64,000 nt of DNA, from assembly GCA_046290225.1 (NCBI GenBank), contig JBKAGE010000075.1, positions 256,001 to 320,000 of the forward strand. Direction: 5' to 3'. Under the pieces are notes generated by a model. That model was not told the DNA's origin. It was given only the letters and a program-made list of their open reading frames with translations, and did no database searches. Below, in pieces: positions 57,750 through 64,000 of this stretch. The translations under genes and the position numbers were made by a program. Positions within the stretch are counted from its first letter, which is position 1. Each line of letters begins with the position of its first letter. The stretch comes from Bradymonadia bacterium. Lineage in GTDB: Bacteria > Myxococcota_A > Bradymonadia > UBA7976 > UBA1532.

Positions 57750-58652
57750 GTGCTGGCTGTGAACCGAGTCAAGGCGTGGAGCCGTTGGCTCCCGGTGGCC
57801 CTCTCATTTACTCTCCTCGTGACTGTGTCGGGCTGTAATCAGGCCCGGACCGAGTCCATTCGACACATGAACAAGGGTGTGGAGCGGTTCCAGAGGGGGG
57901 ACATCGCCAAAGCAGTGTCTCACCTCGAAGACGCTGTGAAGTCCGATCCGACCAACGACAAGGCTTTCTACTACATGGGGCTGATCCAGTATCAGCGCAT
58001 GAACGTGCCCGAGAAGGGGGCGGATAATCTCAAGAAGGCCATCAAGATCAATGGCGAAGATCACCAGTACCACTATCATCTGGGCAACCTGCTCAGCCGA
58101 CAGAAGAGCTGGGTCCCCGCCATCAACGCCTTCGAGAAAGCTCTGGCCAAGAAGCCTGATCACGCCGAGAGCCACTATCGCCTCGCCCGTGCCCTCGAGA
58201 TGGAGGGCAAGTTCGATCGTGCCCAAGAGGCCTATGGATCGGCGATCCGCAGCCGGCCACGGTTCCCAGAGGCCTACAACGCTCTGGGCAACCTCTATGT
58301 GCGGTTCGAGAAGTATCCTCAGGCGATCCAGGTCTTCAAGAACGCCATCGAAAACGTGCCCCGAGAGTCGATCAACCACAACGATCTCGGGTTGGTGTAC
58401 GCTCGGCAGAACCGCAACGCCGAAGCGATTCAGCAGTTCAAGAAAGCCCTCGAGATCAAGCCGTCATACGCCAGCGCCGTGTTCAACCTCGGCGTGGCGT
58501 ACGCGAACAATGGCGAAGACGAGCAGGCCCTGAAGTTCCTGCGAGCCTACCTGTCCAGACGCTCTGCCGCAGATGATCCGGTACGCGTCGGTACGGCCCA
58601 GGCCATGGCCACTCGCCTCGAGGCAAAGGTGAAGGGGGGCGCGCCCCAGTGA
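57750..58652 (+). CDS. TPR repeat lipoprotein
   Basis: Lipobox VSGC; about six canonical TPRs; GGAGG RBS before the GTG starts. Confidence 0.85.
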   Translation: MLAVNRVKAWSRWLPVALSFTLLVTVSGCNQARTESIRHMNKGVERFQRGDIAKAVSHLEDAVKSDPTNDKAFYYMGLIQYQRMNVPEKGADNLKKAIKINGEDHQYHYHLGNLLSRQKSWVPAINAFEKALAKKPDHAESHYRLARALEMEGKFDRAQEAYGSAIRSRPRFPEAYNALGNLYVRFEKYPQAIQVFKNAIENVPRESINHNDLGLVYARQNRNAEAIQQFKKALEIKPSYASAVFNLGVAYANNGEDEQALKFLRAYLSRRSAADDPVRVGTAQAMATRLEAKVKGGAPQ

Positions 58653-58809
58653 AGGTGTCAGTGAAGGTGCCATTGAAGCCAGCTGAAACCCTGACTGAGA
58701 GCGTGATCGCTGCACATGCAGCGATGCCCATTGCAATTCGACTGTTCCATTGTTGGAGCTTCGGCTCCAACAGCTCCTGCTCCATTTGATCCACTTGCGA
58801 GGCGACCTG

Positions 58810-61800
58810 ATGAACGAGCGCACGCGCGAGCTCTTCGAGACCGTGTCCGCAGATCCTCGAAACACCGAGGCGTACGAGGAGCTCGAGCAGCTTCTCAACG
58901 AAGCTGAGGCGTGGCCCTCCCTTGTGGATGTGTTCACCCATCGAGCGCAGCATCAGGAAAGCCCTGAGCAAGCCTCGGGCTTCTTCCTCAAGGCGGCCCT
59001 CATTGCCGAGGAGCGTCTGGGCGAGGCTGACCAGGCCGTGGAGCTGTTCGCAGCCTCCCTTGAGGGGGATGCTGACGGCGTGACCACGATGGGCCGCATG
59101 CGCCGCCTGCTCGCTCAGGGCGACAACTGGGAAGGCTGGCTTGAGGTGGCCGAGCTCGAGGCCGAGCGCACGGAAGATCCTGCTGCTCAGGCAGAGCTGC
59201 TCTTCGAGATGGGCGACGTCCTCGAGACCCGCCTCGAGGATCCCGAGCGGGCCATGATCTGCTATCAGGCCGCTTTCAAGGCGCATCAGGGCTGTCTCAA
59301 GGCCATCCAGGCTGCTGAGGCGATCTACGTGCGTTACGAGGAGTGGGCTCTGGCGGCTCAGCTCATGACGCTGGAGCTGGAGCACACTGAAGACGGAGCG
59401 CGTCAGATCGAGCTCTGCCGCACGCTGGCTCGTATCTATCAGGACAAGCTCGAGGCCGCAGAGCAGGCCGCTGATGCCGTGTCCTTGCTCCTCGAGCTGG
59501 CGCCTGACGACGAGGAAGGGCTGGAGCGGGCTGCAGCACTGCGTGTGGCACTGGGCCTCGACGAAGCAGAGCCTGATGCAGAGGCTGCTGCGGAGGATAC
59601 GCCTGCTGAAGAAGAGTCCACTGAGGAAGAGTCCACTGAGGAAGAGCCCGCTGCGGAAGAGCCTGCTGCGGAAGCCGCTGTCGAGGCGGAGGCTGAAGAG
59701 GCAGAGGAAGCGCCTGCTGAAGAGGCACCCGCCGATGAGCTGGCTGCTGAGGCGGAAGCGCCTGCCGAGGAGGCCGCCCCGGTTGCTGAGGAAGCGCCCG
59801 CAGCAGAGGAGCCAGCAGCAGAGGAGCCAGTAGCAGAGGAGCCCGCCGAAGAAGCGCCTGCTGCTGCCCCAGTCATGCTGGAGTCTCTTCCCGAGGACGT
59901 TGCCGACGTGCTCGCAGAGTTGAAGGCCCGCGCCGACGATGCCGATGGCGAGGAGAGCCTGCGCCTGGGCATTCAGGCCGTGGCCCTGGTGGCAGAGCGC
60001 GCTGCAGGCCACGAGGCCCTGGCGGATCTCTACGTGGAGGCCGCCGCTGCAGCCCCCGAGGACACTACGCTCTACACACAGGTGGGCAAGAGCCTCGAGG
60101 CGCCGGAGCCCATTCTCAAGGCGCTCGTCGAGAAGATGGAAGCCCGTGCTGCGGCGCTGGGTGGCCCCGAGGGGGCCGCGATGAAGGCCCACCGGGTGCT
60201 CATCGGTGCTGCGCACCTCGGTGAGGGGCGCACCGCCGACTTCAAGCTCCGGGAGATCGCCAAGAAGGACAGCGACGGCCCGGGTGTGCAGGCCTTCACC
60301 CTCCAGCGCCTGCTGGAGACGGGGAAGTGGCGCAACATCCAGCAGCTGCTCATCCAGCAGATCGGTGGCGATCCGAACAGCGCGCGCAAGCTCGCGCTGC
60401 GCCAGATGGCCGAACTCGCCGAGGCCCATGCCCCCGACAAGGCGGGTGACTTCTGGCGTCAGGTCTTCATGGCCGACAAGTCTGATCGTCAGGCCCGTCA
60501 GGCCCTGCTCAAGATCTACAAAGCCGACGAGAAGTGGACCCAGTACGCCGACGTCCTCAAGCTCGAGGTGGCCGACATCCCCGATGAAGAACTCGAGGAG
60601 AAGCTCGGGGCCCTCAACGAGCTGATCGGCCTGTACACCACCCACATCAAGCAAGATGCCACGGTGGTGCAGCTCTACGGTCAGATCCTCGATCTCGATC
60701 CCGCCAACGTCGAAGCACTCGACGCCCTCGTGCAGAAGTACGAGGCCATGCGTCGCTGGCCCGATCTGGTGGGCACGCTGCAGAAGAAGGTGGCCATCAC
60801 CGAGGATGGTGAGGCGCGCATTGCCCTCAACTTGCAGATCGCCAAGCTGTATCTGGAGAAGTTCCGGAACCAGGCCGAGGCCATCAGCACCTACGAGGCG
60901 GTCCTCGAAGAAGATCCGGCGAACCGGGAGGCCATCGAGGCCCTCACGGGCATGTACGCCAAGCGCCGCGACTGGGACAAGCTCGTCGAGGTGCAGAAGC
61001 AGCTCGCGGAGCTGGAGGAAGATCCCGAGGCCCGGGCCGAGAAGTACAAAGAGATCGCGGTCCACGCCACCAAGAACATCCGCAAGCCCGCCATCTGCCT
61101 CGAGCTGTGGGAGCAGGTGCGGACCATCGTGCCCGAGGACGTCGACGCTCTGCGGGCCCTGGTGTCCCTCTACGAGCAGGACAAGCAGTTCGAGCAGATG
61201 GTCTCTGTCGGTGAGCTGCTCGTGGGTCAACTCGGCGACGATCCCAAAGAGATCAAAGAGAAGACCGACCTGCTGCAGAAGATGGGCATCGCCCTGCAGG
61301 ACCGCATGGGCGACAAGGCCCTCGCGGTGCCGGTCTGGCAGCAGCTGCTCGCCGTGGATCCGAAGCATCGTCGAGCCGGCGACAGCCTGAAGAAGGCTCT
61401 CGTGGAGCTCGGCGACTGGGATGCCCTGTCCGAGTTCTTCATGTCTCACGGCAGCCCCGAGGAGCTCGTACGCATCCTTGAGGGGCAGGTGGGCATGCAG
61501 CAAGACGACGCTGTGCGCATCGACCTGCTGTTCCGAGCGGCGACAGTCTGGCGCGACACCATCGGCCAGCCTGATCGGGCGGTCCGCGCCCTTGAGCGGG
61601 TGCTCCAGATCGATCCGCATCATCTCGACGGTGCTCAGGCTCTGGAGCCGGTCTACACCGAGAAGAGCGATCATCGGAAGCTCGCGGGCATCCTCGAAGT
61701 GCTCCTGGAGCACGAGCAGGATCCCGAGGTGCGTCGCGATCTGATGATGCGCAGCGCTTCGATTCAGGAGCAGCACCTGCGCAACCCCGAGGGGGCCTTC

Positions 61801-64000
61801 GAATGGGTCCGCCAGGCCATCGCCGAGCACCCGGGTCACACCGAAGTCCGGGGCGAGCTGGAGCGTCTCGGCGCAGTCACCGGTCAGTGGGCCACGGTGC
61901 AGGACGACCTGCAAATCGCCCTCGACCACGTGGTCGATGGTGAGGCGCGGCTGTCGATTCTGCTCAGCCTGGGTCAGATCCTCGACGAGCACATGGGCCT
62001 CTATGGCGATGCCCTGAGCCGGTACCAGGACGCCCTCGACATCGAGCCCGAGAGCCGTGTGGCCCTCGACGCCATCGAGGACATCTACACCCGCCAGTCC
62101 AGCTGGCCCGAGCTGCTCGAGGTGGTGGAGCGCAAGCTGGCGCTCACTGAAGAGCTCGACGCCCGCAAGGGCCTCCTGCGCAAGCAGGGTCTGATCTACG
62201 AAGAGCAGCTCGAAGACGCCGCTTCGGCCATCGAGCGCCATCGGATGATCCTCGAAGAGGACGAGGCCGACGCCGAAGCCCTCGCCGCCCTCAACCGCCT
62301 CTATGAGGCAGGGGGTGATTACGAGGATCTCCACGAGATCGTCGGTCGCCAGCTCACCCTCACCCTCGAGGCCATGGGCGGCGCTTCTGCCGACGGCTAT
62401 GCTGAAGGCGATGAGGAGGTTGCTGAAGAGGCAGAGGCTGCTGCGGCACCTGATCTCGAGGCCCTCTCTGCAGAGCGGGTGGCCTTGAAGGTGAAGCTGG
62501 GCCAACTCGAACTCGAGCATCTCGGCCGCACCGCCGATGCCGTCGAGCACTTCCGGGACATCATCCGCGAGCACCCTGACCACGAGGCGGCCCGGGTGGC
62601 CCTCGAGGGGCTGCTCGACGACATGGAGTTCCGCGCCGAGGCTGCCCGGATCCTGGAGCCCATCTATCAGGACGAGGCCCAGTGGGATGCCCTGGTCAAC
62701 GTCTTGGAGATTCAGCTCGACGAGACCGTGGACGGCAGCCGCCGCTTCAGCTTCCTGGAGCGCATCGGTGCCCTGCACGTGGAGCGCACCGCTGATCCCG
62801 ATCGGGCCTTCAACGCCTACGCCCGGGCCTTCCGGGAAGATCCGGCCAGCGGCATGGTCATCGATCGGTTGGCAGAGCTCGCCGAGGCCAGCCAGCGCTT
62901 CGCAGATCTCGCGGCCCTCATTGAAGAGGTGCTGCCTGACGTGGAGGACACCGAGGTCATCCACCGCCTGCTCGGCCGCGCCGCCGACGTGTACGAGAAC
63001 CACCTCGCAGACGCCAACCAGGCCATCGACGCTCACCGTCGAATCCTGGAGCTCAAGGACGACGACTTCCGCTCAGTGGAGGCTCTGGAGCGTCTCTTCA
63101 CCAGCACTGAGATGTGGCCAGAGTTGTTGGCCGTCTTGCGGGTGAAGCTCGAGCTCATCGATCACCCCGACGCCAAAGAGGCGCTGCGATTCCAGATCGC
63201 CTCCCTGCTCGAAGAGCAGCTCGCCGATCCGGAAGAGGCCATCAACACTTACGTGGTGATCCTCGAGGGGTCGCCGGAGAACGCCGAGGCGCTCTCTGCC
63301 CTCGATCGCCTCTACGGCACTCTGGAGAGCTGGCCGGAGCTCGCCGAGATCCTGGCTCGACGTCTGGCTCTCGTGGCCGAGGACGAGGATCACACTGCCG
63401 CCAACGGGCTGCGGGTACGCCTCGCCGATCTCAACGAGCGCCATCTCGGCGAGATGCACGTCGCCATCGAGACCTACCGCACGGTCCTCGACATCGACGC
63501 CGCTGACGCTGAGGCCATCGGCGCCCTGGAGCGGCTGATCGAAGATCCCGACCTCGCCCACGAGGTGGCGAACATCCTGGAGCCCATCTACACCGAGAGC
63601 GATGCCTGGCAGAAGCTCATCGGGGTGTACGAGATCCAGCGAGAGCACGCCGAGGAGGAGCCCCGTCAGGTCAGCCTGCTGCACAACATCGCTACGCTGC
63701 AGATGGAGCGCGGCGCCGATGCGCCAGCGGCCTTCTCTACCTACGCCCGTGCCCTTGCTGTGGAGCCTGGCAACGAGGTGACTCTCTCGGCGCTGCACAG
63801 CATCGCCGAGGCCATGGAGATGTGGTCTGATCTCACTGGGGTGTACGAGCAGGAGGTCTACCAGATCGCCGAGCCCACGGTGGCCACCCAGATGCACGTG
63901 CGTCTCGCAGAGGTCTACCGCGATCATCTCGCCGATCTCGACGGGGCCCGTCGCCACTACGAGGCGGCTTACCAGAACGAAGACGCCGATCTCTCGATCA
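58810..64000 (+). CDS. Giant cytoplasmic TPR protein, GltI/AgmK-like (3'-truncated by window)
   Basis: From ATG 58810 (MNERTRELFETVSADP..) the frame reads as Glu/Leu/Ala-rich TPR-like repeats (ALxALERL, WxxLxxxL) to the window end. Its absence from the ORF track is consistent with no in-window stop. Confidence 0.8.
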   Translation, partial: MNERTRELFETVSADPRNTEAYEELEQLLNEAEAWPSLVDVFTHRAQHQESPEQASGFFLKAALIAEERLGEADQAVELFAASLEGDADGVTTMGRMRRLLAQGDNWEGWLEVAELEAERTEDPAAQAELLFEMGDVLETRLEDPERAMICYQAAFKAHQGCLKAIQAAEAIYVRYEEWALAAQLMTLELEHTEDGARQIELCRTLARIYQDKLEAAEQAADAVSLLLELAPDDEEGLERAAALRVALGLDEAEPDAEAAAEDTPAEEESTEEESTEEEPAAEEPAAEAAVEAEAEEAEEAPAEEAPADELAAEAEAPAEEAAPVAEEAPAAEEPAAEEPVAEEPAEEAPAAAPVMLESLPEDVADVLAELKARADDADGEESLRLGIQAVALVAERAAGHEALADLYVEAAAAAPEDTTLYTQVGKSLEAPEPILKALVEKMEARAAALGGPEGAAMKAHRVLIGAAHLGEGRTADFKLREIAKKDSDGPGVQAFTLQRLLETGKWRNIQQLLIQQIGGDPNSARKLALRQMAELAEAHAPDKAGDFWRQVFMADKSDRQARQALLKIYKADEKWTQYADVLKLEVADIPDEELEEKLGALNELIGLYTTHIKQDATVVQLYGQILDLDPANVEALDALVQKYEAMRRWPDLVGTLQKKVAITEDGEARIALNLQIAKLYLEKFRNQAEAISTYEAVLEEDPANREAIEALTGMYAKRRDWDKLVEVQKQLAELEEDPEARAEKYKEIAVHATKNIRKPAICLELWEQVRTIVPEDVDALRALVSLYEQDKQFEQMVSVGELLVGQLGDDPKEIKEKTDLLQKMGIALQDRMGDKALAVPVWQQLLAVDPKHRRAGDSLKKALVELGDWDALSEFFMSHGSPEELVRILEGQVGMQQDDAVRIDLLFRAATVWRDTIGQPDRAVRALERVLQIDPHHLDGAQALEPVYTEKSDHRKLAGILEVLLEHEQDPEVRRDLMMRSASIQEQHLRNPEGAFEWVRQAIAEHPGHTEVRGELERLGAVTGQWATVQDDLQIALDHVVDGEARLSILLSLGQILDEHMGLYGDALSRYQDALDIEPESRVALDAIEDIYTRQSSWPELLEVVERKLALTEELDARKGLLRKQGLIYEEQLEDAASAIERHRMILEEDEADAEALAALNRLYEAGGDYEDLHEIVGRQLTLTLEAMGGASADGYAEGDEEVAEEAEAAAAPDLEALSAERVALKVKLGQLELEHLGRTADAVEHFRDIIREHPDHEAARVALEGLLDDMEFRAEAARILEPIYQDEAQWDALVNVLEIQLDETVDGSRRFSFLERIGALHVERTADPDRAFNAYARAFREDPASGMVIDRLAELAEASQRFADLAALIEEVLPDVEDTEVIHRLLGRAADVYENHLADANQAIDAHRRILELKDDDFRSVEALERLFTSTEMWPELLAVLRVKLELIDHPDAKEALRFQIASLLEEQLADPEEAINTYVVILEGSPENAEALSALDRLYGTLESWPELAEILARRLALVAEDEDHTAANGLRVRLADLNERHLGEMHVAIETYRTVLDIDAADAEAIGALERLIEDPDLAHEVANILEPIYTESDAWQKLIGVYEIQREHAEEEPRQVSLLHNIATLQMERGADAPAAFSTYARALAVEPGNEVTLSALHSIAEAMEMWSDLTGVYEQEVYQIAEPTVATQMHVRLAEVYRDHLADLDGARRHYEAAYQNEDADLSI
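59570..59870 (+). repeat. Acidic low-complexity linker with imperfect 15-bp repeats (EESTE/EEPAA)
   Basis: gaagagtccactgag x2, gaagagcccgctgcg, gaagagcctgctgcg and gaggagccagcagca-type units. Confidence 0.7.

Noticed and set aside
58483..63036. 1517-aa minus-strand ORF
   Set aside because: Antisense shadow of the giant TPR gene; the plus frame has the coherent repeat protein and codon bias.

Overview
High-GC bacterial chromosomal segment, most likely from Myxococcota or a related deltaproteobacterial predator. This is inferred from the Glt/Agm/Cgl-type gliding genes, FHA proteins, a sigma-54 activator and a Myxococcus-like LexA box. Left part: ruvC-ruvA, a secreted PHP-like protein, ExbB-ExbD-TonB followed by two uncharacterised envelope proteins and a lamin-tail lipoprotein, an orphan ParA with N-terminal Cys-rich fingers, TolC+MlaC, two FHA proteins (one with a degenerate CpaF/TadA-like domain), an MFS transporter, pyruvate kinase and a PilZ-HDOD-GAF/sigma-54 signalling cluster. 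Middle: secreted proteins, radical SAM, epimerase, a DnaJ-like protein, mutS-glnD-xerD-site-2 protease-scpA with scpB on the opposite strand, a sulfatase-like protein and rpsP-khpA-rimM-trmD-rplS-rnhB-yraN. Right part (46.5-64 kb): a gliding-type trans-envelope cluster (cglC/gltK-like, gltC, gltD, gltE, gltF, gltG, an FHA-less gltG duplicate, a TPR lipoprotein and a giant GltI/AgmK-like TPR protein that runs off the window and is missing from the ORF track). No rRNA, tRNA, CRISPR array or mobile element was recognised. All family calls come from motif recognition by eye; no database searches were run.
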